A DNA stretch of 64,000 bases from Tubiluchus corallicola (Eukaryota > Animalia > Priapulida): the NCBI GenBank assembly GCA_030141605.1, contig JAQGDQ010000962.1, positions 11,774 through 75,773 on the forward strand. The letters are read 5' to 3'. The notes below the pieces were generated by a model. It searched no databases. It was not told where the DNA came from and was given only the letters and a program-made list of their open reading frames with translations. Shown here piece after piece: positions 36,490 through 51,100 of this stretch. The position numbers and the translations under genes are program-made. Each line of letters begins with the position of its first letter. Position 1 is the stretch's first letter.

Positions 36490-37229
36490 TTAAAGTAATT
36501 CAAAGACTTTGCTTCTACTAATTTCAGATTTAAACAAGTTTTAATGTTATAAATATTGAGCTTCATCAAATAAGTTAACCAAGGAGAACATTAAACCTGA
36601 TAAATTACAGGTTTAAGAATTCTAGTAAATGCAACAGATCTACATGGAATCCTCTACTGAAGATGAAACACAGAACCGTCCTAAACAAGACACAAAATTC
36701 AGAAACATCATGACAGGTACACCCATCCAATTACTAACCCACTTGACATTTCTAAAATATTACAAAGTATCACAACTATTTCCCCACAGCTGTAAATGGA
36801 AAACACGTGGCCCTAGGGGTCTTACGACATTAAGGTGTTGCAACATTTCTAGTCACACAATAACTTGTGTTGATACTCTGCAGTAGTACCTCCAGTCCAT
36901 AACTACATGTATGCACACTACTGATACAGTACATTGTGCAAAACAACAATCAAGCTTGCACGTCCATTGTTAAGTTACTTAACGTTTATTGTACAATGTG
37001 GGCAGAGTCGCATTCTGTAGCCAAAAAGTCATTAAGCCACCTTAAATTGGGGCTGCTAAGAGAGGATTTGTGTAAATTAATGACAGCAAAATAAGGTGGA
37101 AGGTGCCGCCACGTAAGTAAAATTGTATGCAGTCACTGTACTGCATCGCTATGTACCGAAAAGTGGTACTTGACACTTGGTAGTATGGTTTACAAGGAAT
37201 TTAACCCAGACACCAGAGAATACTATAGA

Positions 37230-37725
37230 AAAATACTGCATGGCTTTCTCTGGACTAAGGCTACAAGTACATTACTTAAGAATTGAGACCGGAAGATGGG
37301 ACGGTGAACAGAGAAACCAAAGACTATGCACATGCAGAGAGATACAAACAGAAGAACATGTATTAATGAACTGTAACTTAAATATTGAGATTAGAAGGAA
37401 ATATCATAGTGTGAACCTTTCTGCACTGTCTAATATTACGGAGAGCAACTGTGCATTTGAAATTAGCTCTCAAGTGCTGCAAACTTTTCAAAATTAACAG
37501 TGGTTTTATTAATACTTACTAATCGCCTAAAATATCAAACTAAAATGTGAAACCACTTTTTCAATGGTATAAAGTTGGTACAACTATTTTATTCTATATG
37601 CTAATATGATCCACCTGGGATAAATTCTTGAAAAGAATAATGAATGGACTGTAAATTTTATTATTTTCTACTACCCAAGTTTTTGTATTAATCATTGTAT
37701 TTATAGTCAATAAACTATACTACTA
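37230..37725 (+). mobile_element. LINE ORF2 3' fragment with CCHC finger
   Basis: LRLQVHYLRIETGRW...RLCTC...EEHVLMNC motif, followed by AATAAA and a short-repeat tail at ~37710. Confidence 0.75.
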
Positions 37726-38329
37726 GTACACAGAGATGTCAAGCAAGCGTGAGCATCCTGCATAGTATGCACATATTCGCAAACGTGCACAGTATTTATC
37801 CATTAACACTGTGAGTAATTCACACTCTGAGTCGCATTTTAAAATTATATTTTAATTTACGTATATGTTTTAAGTGTTCCATATATTGTCGAGGTAAACA
37901 GTGAGTAAGGACGCCCATTGAAAAGAAGTGCAAGTGGGTTAGCCACGAAAGTCCAATTATCTTCTGTTACATATTTATTTGAAACGTAATTTGGCCATTT
38001 GTATGCCCAAGTAACAGTCACCAAAACTTTCGTTTTCACAAGACAAACACATTACATTGATTAAAAATGGAACATTATTGACGCTACAAAATTACTTTTC
38101 AAGTTTACCACCAAATTCGTGAATAGCGTCAAACAACAATTTGTTGCAACAATAGAAAAAATCTTCAAATTTTTGTAAGTACAAAAGTATGGTGTGTTCG
38201 TTACGACGAGACAAACTGTGCGAGCCAGTAAGCCAGCAACAACACCAGAAGAATTATTTGCTTGTTTTTTTCTAAATTTTATTACTTAAATAAATAGGAA
38301 TTCTAGAGCTCTCTACTTCTGCGCTTTTA

Positions 38330-39570
38330 TAAAAGTTTGTGAACAACGAACACAAAGATTTTGATATTAGATTTAGCTAAAATAATGGTAACAATAGGCC
38401 TTAGTCAATGCATCATTAAAGTAAAGTAAAATATGATAGCGCGCGGTGCATTGTGCAGGAAAATCACAATGTATACAGACTTGTTTAAAAATAAAACTAG
38501 GAATAAGGTTGTAAACTTCTCAGCGACAAATTAAATGGTGATGCGAAAATGCGGGTGTCATTATAAATATCGGGGTGATTATGTGACTAAAAATGATGGA
38601 CGTGGAATGACTTTTGACAAAAGGAGTAGAAAAATTGCATATATGAAAAGAGAATTAATGAACAGGAGTAACTCAAATGAAGTTGGGTGGGAATACATGA
38701 AGATAAGACTATCGTTATACGAGACACTCATACCTTACCTTATTTGGTTATATTAACATCTTATTACCAGTCACATTACCATCCATCATGTTTAACACAG
38801 AAACATGGGCTGAGTTAAACAAAACTCAGTGGAAGCAAATTGAAAATTGAAAAGTGACAGAAAGACACACTGTGCAAAATAGTAAATTAAACAATTAGTA
38901 CTAGTTATTTGGGCTTACTGTTAGTACTTGGAATTTGACCCCTTGAACAATGGAAAATTAACATGGTTAAGAACATTAGGGAATTCTGATGAGGACAGAG
39001 ATGCATGTAAAATACAAAAAAGCATTACACAAACAACTATTCGGGTCGACTTATCTTTCAATCTTCCCTTTCAAAGTCATAGCCGGGACCTAGAGTTGAA
39101 CTCAGTTATGGTTTCTTCAGTTATGGTGCCTGTGCAACGATGTTGCTTATGTGCACATTCCACATTAAATGATTTGCTATCGTGATGACAAGAGTTTTAA
39201 TAGATAATTTATCCACAATCGGTCCGTCTTTAAGATAACATGCGATTTTCAAGTAACAGAGCAGAACAATAGCTAGGGTAAACTAGGACAATGAAATATG
39301 TTTTAAATGTGCAGAAAAAGCACTTAACGAAACTATAGAGTGGAAGTTAAATATGGTCTGAGTTAAAGTAAATTATAGAAATAGATTTAAACGAGATGTC
39401 AAATGCTCATTATGCGAAAACAGTGAAGACACTACAGAACATTCATTAATGTGTGAAAAACTGATTGGAAAAATGGGTGCAAGTAACATTGCAATAGACG
39501 ATTGGTATGTTGATAATGCCGGTAAATTGAAGGATGCAAATGTCAGAATCAACCAAACCCTGAAAGTAAG
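38330..39570 (+). mobile_element. Highly decayed LINE ORF2 fragment
   Basis: YKYRGDYV, IRLSLYETLI and TETW...KQIE fragments, plus a C..C...EH...C remnant near 39400-39455; many stops. Confidence 0.5.
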
Positions 39571-41221
39571 AAAGTTGTTGGGGGCTGGTTTTGTTATTTC
39601 AAAAAGAAGACAGTGTTGCAAAACTTAATTAGGCTTGCACTTAGAGATAAGTGCCTTCCAGACTAAGAGAGAGGCCGTTGTGAAACAGCTGTAAACCGCC
39701 GAAACAGTAAAACCGAGTTGACTGTAAAATGAAACCCAGTTAGTGTCAAAAGATTTTGTTATTGGTCTTTTGAAAATTTGGAAATTTTGTGTTTGGACGC
39801 TGGAGTTGAAATTTATTGTCATTTCTAAGTAATTTCAGATTCGAGAAAGCACCATCCTTATGCATTTATAATCCGAAAATGTCACACTTAGTAAGTGTCG
39901 TTAAAGTGTATCTATTTCTTGACGGAGGTAGCAGTGTCATGCAGCTGCATGAAGTTGGACCTGAGTTATACTAAATACCCTGTTGTATTAGAATGCTGAG
40001 ATGGCCGATTTAACAACGTATATGTTCTTTTGCCATCCATTTCCTATTAAAATATTGCTAATTTTTGTAAAATCGCATGCACTAAACTATCCTGGAAATA
40101 AATAAAGCTGAGTATACTACTAGTCAACTGCGATGTACCATAGACTGTCTTCTTTTTACTAACGCAGACCTGCCAGCTGTCACGCATGTGACACATGCAT
40201 TTGTAAATCTTTCACATGTGCACATGCATCAAATTTCAGTTCTCAAGCATTCCGCAACTTTACACGCAAGTTTGCAAATCACCTGGCTTCCTTTGTCAAA
40301 AGTACCAACCGCAATGCAAATAATGGTACTCCTGTTGAGCCAACAAGAACACTATTGGTGCACCTACTGCATATAAAAATAAATCGGTGTTTTTTTGGTC
40401 AACATTAGCTTTAGTACAAATTTTTTGCTGCAAATTCTTTCACTCATTTACTTTAAATGTGACATGTGAGTCGCAAATGATAGAAAGTCAAAACCAATGT
40501 AATGTTCAGTACTAAAGCATCTGGAATGCTAATTCATTGTTTAATCATGTAGGGTAACGTGAGAGTGCCTTTAATAGCTCCCAAGAGCCGTCTGTCAGTC
40601 AATTGATTTTATGTGGAGGTGAAAAACCTGGGCATCCTTATAACCCCAAGAGACACCTATCACGTGTTTCAGTAACGTGGGACAGTGGCAGTACATCAAA
40701 AGAACAGTGATAAGGATCTTTTTAAATTGCTCAGAGTATTGACTTATTGTATAAACTGTCGATTTTAATTTTACTCGCATTTTTTTAGAATTTTCTACAA
40801 CTTTTGTAACTTGAACCCTTCAAAAGCCACTTGGTTCACTTCATATAAGTATAATGTTGCTACATAGGCATTCTCCCCATCTAGCGACTGAAGCTAAAAT
40901 TAACTTATTTCGCTCTGTATTTTTCAAAAAAATTGAAGTGTAACAATTGTCTAGATTATCAGTCTACATACTTTAACAGTGTGCAATTCATTGGTGTCAA
41001 CTTTAAAACAGTTAAAGAAACTTTTTGTATATCATACTGTGCAGCTATGATTGAATTGAATAAACCAAGAGTATGAGTCAGCTTAAATTCAGTAATTAGT
41101 AACTTAGTTGATTCTTTCAACATAACGCTTATATGAATACTCTTCAGAGCTAGGATACTAAGTACAATTAATAAAAATGAGTTCGTTAATTGAAATTTGG
41201 CAGTCAGTTTGTCTACTAGCT

Positions 41222-41420
41222 TTTTAATGGATAACTGGTTATGCTGTATTTAATAGTCCAGTATTTTGTTAGAACAAAAACATTTGGTAGTATTTAGCAT
41301 AATAGTATAATAATAACAATTTTAATGGATAACTGGTTATGCTGTATTTAATAGTCCAGTATTTTGTTAGAACAAAAACATTTGGTAGTATTTAGTATAA
41401 TAGTATAATAATAACAATTT
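41222..41420. repeat. Tandem duplication of a 98-bp unit (2 copies)
   Basis: AATGGATAACTGGTTATGCTG... at 41226 and 41324. Confidence 0.95.
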
Positions 41421-42146
41421 TATTTAGTAGCTATATAACAGAAAATTGTTTTAAATGGAGCAGTGAATATTTGAGTCTCAAGGCACACTGCCGCCTATGT
41501 TTTCCTTGTAAAGGATGGAAGGCGGTAGACTGCCGCCCAATCTCAGCACTAAGCGCAGTTGCCTAGGTCTGTTTATTTCACTGCTACAGCCATGCAAAAA
41601 CATTGTAGAAAAGCTTAACATCCGTGGGATTATGGTTGCTTCACAACAAGTAATGCTAACCAACCAATCAGCATCCGAAGCCAGGTGCATTCCATAATAC
41701 TATACTGTATAGTATGTTCTCATGCAAAGTTGCTTGTTGATAGTTGGTGAAACGTGTTTAGTCACTTTTTCTGCATTCTTATAAAATAATTGCATATTAT
41801 GATTTAGTATTATGACTTTTGTGTTAATCGGCTTCTAAATATAAGAATGTGCTTATCTGTGTGGGTGTGCATGTGCGTATATGTGTGCACGGATGTGTGT
41901 GCATGTATATACATAATACTAATATTCAATATTAGTGTTTAATAACAAATGGTTATTTGTTTATTTACAAGATTCTGTTTTAGTGACACACCACAAAAAG
42001 TTATTGCCTAATGTGCAAAAGCCAATGCGGCCCAGTTAAAAAGCAACTACGTAGTGAAAGGGTTAATTGTTTTCTACATAGTCACACTCTGATACGGGTA
42101 TGTCACTAATAAGGCTGTTTTTCTTTCTTTAGGATATTAATTGATC

Positions 42147-45100
42147 ATGGCATTAAGCACTCTGCTTAAGAAAGCAACATCTCTGTTTGGCTTCACAAAC
42201 AACTCTTTGCAGCCTAATCCACTAGATGGCGAAATCATCTACAGCAAGAATCACGTGTGTGTCCATCCGCCAAATTCGAGCGGTCGCAAGCAAGACCATC
42301 ATCCTGGTTACTTGTCTATACACTGCAAAGAACAGCCTGTAAGCAACAATGCAAGGGTATGATGTTGTTTCTGTAAATACAAGCTTTCTTGTGTTGTAAA
42401 ATATGCCTGCTGTAAGCTGCCGAAATTTGCTTCGTTTTCTAATAATGATTACCAAGTCACTGATTTTACACTTTAGTAGAGGGAGTATTCGCGCACTTGA
42501 AAATCAAGCTTTCTATAGATGTATTTCTTGTACTGTTATGTTCTGTACTGTAATTTTTGAATACGTAAATAACCATTTGTTATGCAGTAAACTCCGCATA
42601 ACTCAAATCCAACTGGACCGAAAAACAAAATTTTAGTTAGGCGATGTTGACCATTTCCCAGCATAGAAACTCTAAACTCCTCCTCCATGTGGCGAGTTTA
42701 ATAGCAGGCAGAAAATCAACCCTTCTATACGTAAACGACGAGATTTGATGACTAATTACCAAATTAATTAGTGAAACACGATTTTTTTTGTTGCAAAAGG
42801 ACCCGCACACAGCACTGTTAAACAATATGACAGTGGGACTATCAATGTTTTACGTATTGCAGTTTCAGTTTGTCCGTATTTCTCAATTATTTACATACTC
42901 TCCGTCAAGTATTCAGTATTCAAGCATTGAGTTGTATAGAGTTTGTGAATTCGAACAGACAATGGCAATAGAGCGATTATTTTCACGTTGCCGACTGAGA
43001 CTTTCGGGGAAAGCTCAATCCCGGAGAAAATGATGGGGAGGGGGGCGCGACTTGTAAGACGTCAGAATTTTCCCGGAAGACTATACCGTTTTTGAGTTGT
43101 ACGAAACTTTTATTTTTCTAGAGTACAAATTGCATTTTTGAGTTAGGCGAAGTAAATTACAGTGTTCCCTCGCTACTTCGCGGTTCGTTTATCGCGGACT
43201 CGCTGTTTCGCGGGTTTTCCAAAATATTAATGTAAAATATTTATTGCAGTAGTATCGCTGTTTCGCAGGTTTTTGCGGTACTCGATCTAAAGTATTTTTG
43301 CACATGCATAGTACGTATTGTACAGTAATGTATAAATTTGATGAATTTTGCATAAAAAATCACATGTATAAAAATATATTAAAAATATCAACTCTAACAT
43401 TAAAAGAATATTATAAATTATAAAAAATTACTATTTACAGTAAATAGTGTATTTTTTCGGCGGATGAATACACACCAAAAGTGAAATGTAGTACTTGTGT
43501 CCCTACTTCGCGGAAATTCACTTATCGTGGGAACCCGCGGAACACCCGCGATAAGTGAGGGAACACTGTATATGTATTTTGATTAAATGGAGCATAAAAA
43601 ATAAAATTTATTTGAGTTAGGCGAAGTTTTGAAGTTAAGCAATGCTTTTTTGTGGGCAAAATGAAGGATTTCATCCATTCCGCTGAGATTCTTTGACTTA
43701 GGTGAAAATTTGAGTTACCCAGAATTGACTGTATATTTCAAATCAGATGAATTTGAGTATTATGAAAGTAACATTGCTTATTTAGAAAAAGTTATATAAA
43801 GTTGCTTATCCAAACTTAATATAGGTAGGTGGTAAAACTCTGATACTGACGTGGATACCTAATACTATGCTAAACAAGAGTCCTCAGACCATGCACAAGC
43901 GTGGCGCCACCAGCGGATCACCTGTGTTGTCTGGTGGTGGTAGTCCGTGTGACACTCCGCGATCAGAAAGCACTGCACAAGGTAAGGTTGTGTAAACTGT
44001 ACATGATAACTAATTTGATTAATAGAGTGAACAAACCCACTATTATTAAATTTTTGAAGTTGAACTTGGGCTTTCGTAGGCCAAAGGGAAGGAAATATGA
44101 AAAAAACAGGACTGGAATCCTGTGTAATGGCTTCTACACACGTAATAGATGTGGTTTGGTTACACCGATAAAAATAATTCTGTGATTAAAATTATGAGTA
44201 ATGTGTAACCGATTAATTTTTTTAAGTGTCTCACAGTTTCATGTGAAACATATTTCACAGAGTAAATCACAAAAGATATAAGTTACCGTATATACTCGCA
44301 TATAAGCCGAATTTAGAACTATAAAATACAATACTGAAATCAGGGGGTCGGCTTATATGCGCATGAAACAAAACGAACACAAGGACAGACACTAATGCCA
44401 ATTTTCCAGCCACACATTTTCATCGCTATCTGACTCTTTATTTGGTTGTGTATCACCAGTGGTGTATTGGAGGGGGATCGTGGGGGATCGCCGTCCACCC
44501 ACTTTTTTTTAGAAAAAATTCACATTTCAATAAATGTCTGCTTTTTGTATTCATAAAAGTAAGCATTTTACATCTTTATAGTAAAAATTTCTATGAACCA
44601 AAAATACCCAATTAACAAAATGTGACAAAAAGGGATCAATTTTGTTGATTGGGTATGGAGTAAAATTAGACAAGTTGATGGTCGGCTTATATACGGGTTT
44701 TTGCAAAAACTGGCCATTTTAAAGCAGTTTTAGGGGGTCGGCTTATATGCGATGTAGGCTTATATACAAAAACTATATCTTCTTTAACATACACTATCTA
44801 TCATTTAATCATTTCAAATCACTAAGTGAAATGAGATCCAAATTTTAAACAAACTTTTTCGACGATGAGGGAAATTTGACTTTACTCCATGTCCATTGAT
44901 TAGGACCATGCTATATTTTAAACTCTTCACCATATCATGTAACATGGATGTTCATGTCTATTGAGCAGTGCATTTTGTGCTGTATAAATGGGAAATTTAT
45001 TCAGGTTGAAATTTCGAGTGTAATGACATGCAGACACGAAGAAAACACAACAGATTTTCACAACTGTAATTTTGTTGCTTGGTGCATTGTCACTGAGCCG

Positions 45101-48100
45101 GATTAGTCTGTTTTAGTGAATATTTTACTTTCTATCTTCTTGCGGAAACTCACTGATGCTCGCACTGGGTCTAAGGGTGGCAGACGCTTACTGCGGCGTG
45201 CTATCATGGAAGAATTGACCAAATAGCTTTTGTGACAATATCGTAAAAGATTTCAGAAAGTTCTTTCTGTGGAGGCCATCACAGTGTGTGATCTTTTCCG
45301 GTTTTCCTTAACCATTCAATCCAGTTTTTTTCCATCATTCACTGTTGTCTCCAGCCTGAAAAGACACACTTGTCCTCAATGTCATGTTTTAGAATTCTAC
45401 ACATTTACAAGTTCACATAATCAAGCATTTGTCAACCTACCGATGTGTTGTCTGCGCAAGCCGTACTGGTTACGAATTTTGTAGCGAAAATTTTCGGTGA
45501 TCATCTTATAAAGTTACTGCAATGCTGAGACGCACTCTTCAAGCTGAGCAATAGTGTAGTTCTTTCTGTTTGATGATTGATGTTCCTGCTAGATTAACAG
45601 GTTTGTAAACTTTAATCTTTTATAAACGCTTCCTCTTGTTTCATCTGTATCAAGTTCAAGCCTCACGTTACGTTATTACCTACACCTCAACTGCTGCAGT
45701 CTTTCTATCACTTGGTTTTCCTGCCCTGGCACTGAAGAGCTTGCTTCCATATTTTCTGATCCATTTTTCTTAGATTTCATCGCAGCCATTTGTTCTTAGT
45801 TCCACAGATTTTGACTGTTTACATCACATCTCCACTGTTTTTCACTGATTTATCTCAGCCCATGAACACTTGTAGTGTTCACCTTGTTTTCATTATTCAT
45901 CAACAGAGGCTTTAGATCTAGTCTATAAACATTAATTTTATAAATGCTTTATAATTTTTTACTTTCTAGCTATTACAGCAAAAAGTCATTTTTGAATTTA
46001 CACGAATATATTTGCTTTAAAAATACTTTTAAAAATGTTTAGGAAATCATTTGATGCAGTTTGTCATACTTTAATAGGTGGGTTTTTCTTTCAATGCAAA
46101 AGAGTTATATTTTGGACACTAGATTTGCTGACGCTGCGACAGTTTAGAGAGAAGACTGCCTGCAAATGTCCTAAATGTAAGTTGCGGTTTTGCGCATTGC
46201 AGCAATTCAGGAACATATTCTATATGTTGTCGAAAAATTAATTTATTTAGCAAAAGTTTGATATGTACATGTTTTTTATCTAATTATTTACTTTCTGTAA
46301 TTTTGAAAAATATTGAAATTCACAAAAATCCTATTGACTACATTTTTTTATTTTTTCTTGCCAGGTAGAGCTAAGAAAAGACAGAAAAGCAAGAAAGGAG
46401 GTATTTTATCTGGATATGATATATTATTTAACTCTGCAAGCATTTGTGCTTTCAGGATCTACATTTGTGTTGTACTTATATTAGCATATTCACTAAAGAC
46501 ACAAATTTTGACATTCATCAACTTGCAATGTTCTCTATGCTATCCGTTTACAAATTTACTGCTCTCGTGTGATATCACATTCAAATGTTAGCTTTTCACA
46601 AGAAAATTAGATGAAAATGAACTTCGTTCATAGCATCTGTGTTTTTTGAAGTACGGTTAATGTAACCGGGACAAGAAAAAGTTTCATGTACTTTATGAAG
46701 CATGAGTTTAGTTAAATGCTGTTGCTAGAAGTTTGTGATAATAATAATAATAATAATCTTTTATTTATCTTTTAACACACGCACAGTTACAATACAATTA
46801 ATTTAGCAACAAAAATGTGAAGAAAGGGCAGCGAAAGACCAATTGGTCATCTAGTCAGCTGCCCTTTGGTTAGTGATGTACATTTTTATAGGCGCTATGC
46901 TACAGTGTATTAGTGTTAGTACTGCTTATAATAAAAACTAAATTGTTACGAATGACATAAAATTGATAATGATATGCTTATAACGTGTTAGTACAATTCA
47001 TACACAGTAATAATAAGTGCATAATAAAAAAAATCAAACTGAAGATAACTGAAATAAGGACTGAAACAAGAACTAAAATAAAAATCTGACATCAGAAACA
47101 TAATAACACAAGCATAATGTAAAAAAAATACAGAGCGATTTTTGATGATCTGATGTAAAATAAATTGGCAGATAATTAAAGCACAAAAAATTACCTGTAT
47201 GACTGCATGATGAGATTGACAATTGGAGTCCAGACTTTGAAAATGATCTACAGAAGTTAGACAATAAACAATTAAATATGGAAGTTAATTGATCCTGCTA
47301 TAACAGTAACTGCTCTTGCACGCAGTTACACAATTTATTAGAGGGCAAAAGGAATAAAAGTTGTTGCAAAATACTGTACGCTTATATGTAATTATCTCAG
47401 TAATAAGTTTGCAAGAGTTGACATTTATATAATTTACTTAAGTGACAGATACTAGTTGATTGCTTAAGATCATTTTATTTGCCAGTTCCTTTTGTGTTTG
47501 AAAAACGCTACTCTATCCAGAACCAGACTACTTACCAACCATCACGTATCAGTTTCGCTAACAAGCAGCCAATTAAAATGTCACGTACATAATGAAAGTG
47601 ACTATAAACAGCTGCTTTATTGTTATTCTTTGGTTTAACAATAGCTTGCCGATGACCATTGTGTTTTAGACTACATGAACAAAAACAAGTTTATGGTAAA
47701 AGCGGCGCAGTAAGGCCAACAAAGTACATTTGAGATTTAAGTATATTTTTACAGTTTATTGCAGGGGTGTGCAAATTACCTGACTAACCGGGCCATATTA
47801 AACTTTCCCACAATTCATGCGGGCCACAGGCAGTTTGATCAAGGAGCCAAGTACAGTAGGACCTAATAACGATTTTTTGCATCCGGCCTGCGTACATCAT
47901 TACTACTACTACACTCAAGAAACTATTTTAGAAGTTATTAAAATTTATATTACAAACCATATATTTCTACTTTCAGGACAGATAGTGGTAATTTCATTAC
48001 AATGCATATTAGTAATGTGCATCGCACAGTCTGTGTAGTACAGTAACATTAAGCTACAACCGTCTTGTAAGGGTTAATGGCATCCGATCTAGTAGAAAAA

Positions 48101-51100
48101 ACTACCCGCACTACCTTTGGAATCGTGGCACGGACTTCAGCTGGATACACTCAATTAATCGCCCGGGCCGCACTTTCATTAGGTTGACAAATCTCTTCGC
48201 GAGCCGCACAAATTCTCTCGGTGGGCCTCAAGTGGCCCGCGGGCCGCAATTTGCACACCCCTGGTTTATTGTGTTACTCAGTGTTTGTTTTAATTAATGG
48301 TGCAGTAAAACTTTGTGCTCAGCTCAAATAGTCGAAAATACAATGTAATTAATTGTTTGTTCCCATTGGCTGTTTTACGTGTAATGACTAGCACTAGATT
48401 TGCAACTGGCAAAATCGACTAACTGACACAATTAAAGCATTAAGTCCAGACTACTTTTATCAAATGCAATGACTACCTACTTTTTGGTAATAAGGTTAGA
48501 AACTGGAAAGCAAGTGCAAAGTAAAACGTTTTCTAAAATTGTCACAAAAAGTTACATGGACGAGTTTTTTACATGTATCAAGCAATCAGTGTTTTGAGTT
48601 TTCTATAATGGCATTTTCACATTAACTATCACAATAAAATAAACTAATCAAATTATATGACACTACTGTATGTTTAAAGCACAAGAAAAGCTTCTTACAT
48701 AAAGCTTTAAAAATTTGTCTTGAAATTTTATACCACTTAATCAATGCCTTTTTGCATGCAGGGCTTGCAACGGCAGTAACACTGTATAAAACTTTTGGCG
48801 CAGCTATTTTAATGGTAGGTCGTTTGAAACAAGTTTAGCTAACATTGAGTAAAGTTTGAAAAAATAATCAGAGCATTTGTAGCATAGATGTTGCTAAGTA
48901 AGTAAAATTTTAATTTACTGTATCTTGTCAATCAGATTTAAAATACGTTTTTGGTTAGTGAGTGGCTCAACCTGGAGGGTGAGTCAGAGACATTTTACCA
49001 GTTGGTCCGAATATTACTTTACATGGAAAGTTTTTTGGGACATAGTTAACATTTCCTTTTCTTCCCGTGATTTACGTTGTGCGTACTGATGTCATGTAAT
49101 GGCAACTTCGGAACAGTATTGCAGGAGATTTAAAATGAAAATAAACAAAAATTCCTTTAAACGCGAGTACTGGAAAGTAATTCACCTTTAATTTTTTAAG
49201 GTGATTTTTCTGAAACCTACTTCGGGCACCCCTTTTCTTGTCCTTTTGAGAAATGCATGAATCGGGTAGAACCATCTAGTATGGTAATTTCAAATAAAAC
49301 AGTCGGTGATTACTTATGCTTTTTTTGTTATTGCCCGCTGTAATAATTGAGAGGGCTAGTCATAGTATACCATGTGTAGTTTTTTGTCAAAGTCTATGTA
49401 ACTGTTGAAGTAAAGTACAAACTGTAGGTTATTTAGCCAATTTTAAGTCCCTGAGTGAATTCGTAGTTGCATCTGCTGTCTATAAAGTTTATTTAATTGG
49501 TTTTGATTAACAGTGATGAAGCTTTGACATTGTTCTGCTGTATTTTAGTGGTTTTGCTATTTACTTATGTTGCGTTTTATTGTGACTAGAATATCAAACT
49601 GTCTTCAGTAGTTTTTCTATTAGCAGTTGTCTTTTTTGTTTTGTATGATGCTTTACAGGAGCCTTCGTCATTCACGAACTTCATCAGCTGTAATCTACTT
49701 GTATGGCCTAGATCTTGAAAGACTGGTCTAGAAAGCTCGACGTAAAAAATAACATTTTTGGGGCTTAAAAGGGGCATTTTGTCTTCTTTACGATTATGAC
49801 AATGGCAAGTCTCGGAAGAGCACTGTCTTATTTTATGCTACTGTTTATTCCTAGGTTATTTTTGTTTGAAAATTGTACCATAAAGCAAATGCTTCTTGTG
49901 TAATATAATTACGTAGTTAACATTTAATAATAATGTTAGTAATAAAAATTGTAAAACAATAAATTATTTTATCTGCAACATTGTCTTACATTTAGCTTTA
50001 TTTTGAAACAGATTTGGAAACCTAATTGCTTTTGGAAACATTCACCCTCTTTCGTTTGCTTTTTTCAGTGGTGTTTTTAATCCTGGTTACGGCTTATCAA
50101 CTGTCTTCTAATTATAATATTCTTGTGCACTGCATAAACTGTTCTTTTATTTTTGTTGAAATTAGAAAAATACATCCATTCTGTATTTAATTTGTTTCTA
50201 GATTCTGGTGTCGAATCGGAGATGAGCAAATCTGCAACAATGGAGAACGTGATTCCTAAAACCGTCATTCCCATTGCTTCACCACCGGGACAGGAATCAG
50301 GTGATTCCTGCATCAGCGCTGTCATCCCCGTAGGAAACATTAAGCACTTCCAGGAATCGGAATGGGAGCTGCAAAATGCCGCCTCTGTACTAAGTTGCAA
50401 GCCACTCGACAATAAAGGCGGTGGAGCGCAACCGCTCTTCCTTGCGGAACACCGCGACAAGAGTTGTCAAACGCCCGAGGAGCCGGAACGCCCTAAGCTG
50501 GCATCTAAGCTCGAAGATGGAATTTACTTTACGTCGGCTCCGAAGATTGACTATGCTGCCATGATGAAGGACGTGCAAATGGAGACTGAACGATTGATTA
50601 TGAACTTGGAGTCGAGTCAAGACGTGTTTCCCGAACTGCCTCCTGACACAATCTATGAAAGCGAAAATGTTGTCGAAGGATCAGAGAGCGACGCATCTGA
50701 TGTGGGTCCAGACGATGAACTTTCCTCCGATGATTCTTTAACTTCGTATGTTAAACGGAATCCGATCTTCCATGGCAATATTGAAGAGTTATCTACCAGC
50801 CTTGCAGCGGAAAATCCTAACAAAAATATGTCAAATTTTTCTCAGTACAGTCCCGGGACTCGTACGCCCAGAGAACAGACGCTCGGAGTGTTTTCTGTTG
50901 ATTTACGTATGTCAAGTAAAACTCTTCTTAATTTGCTACTCTACATTGTTGCTTGCCGTAACCTAATACGAATACAGTACGACTTAATGTGATTTAAATT
51001 TTAATCGGCTTTAAATTTATTTGGTAAGATGATTTAAATTTATTTGTTAAAAAAACATGAGAGTCATTGGAATTTTTTGTGTAAGTGCAAAAAAGGTAAC

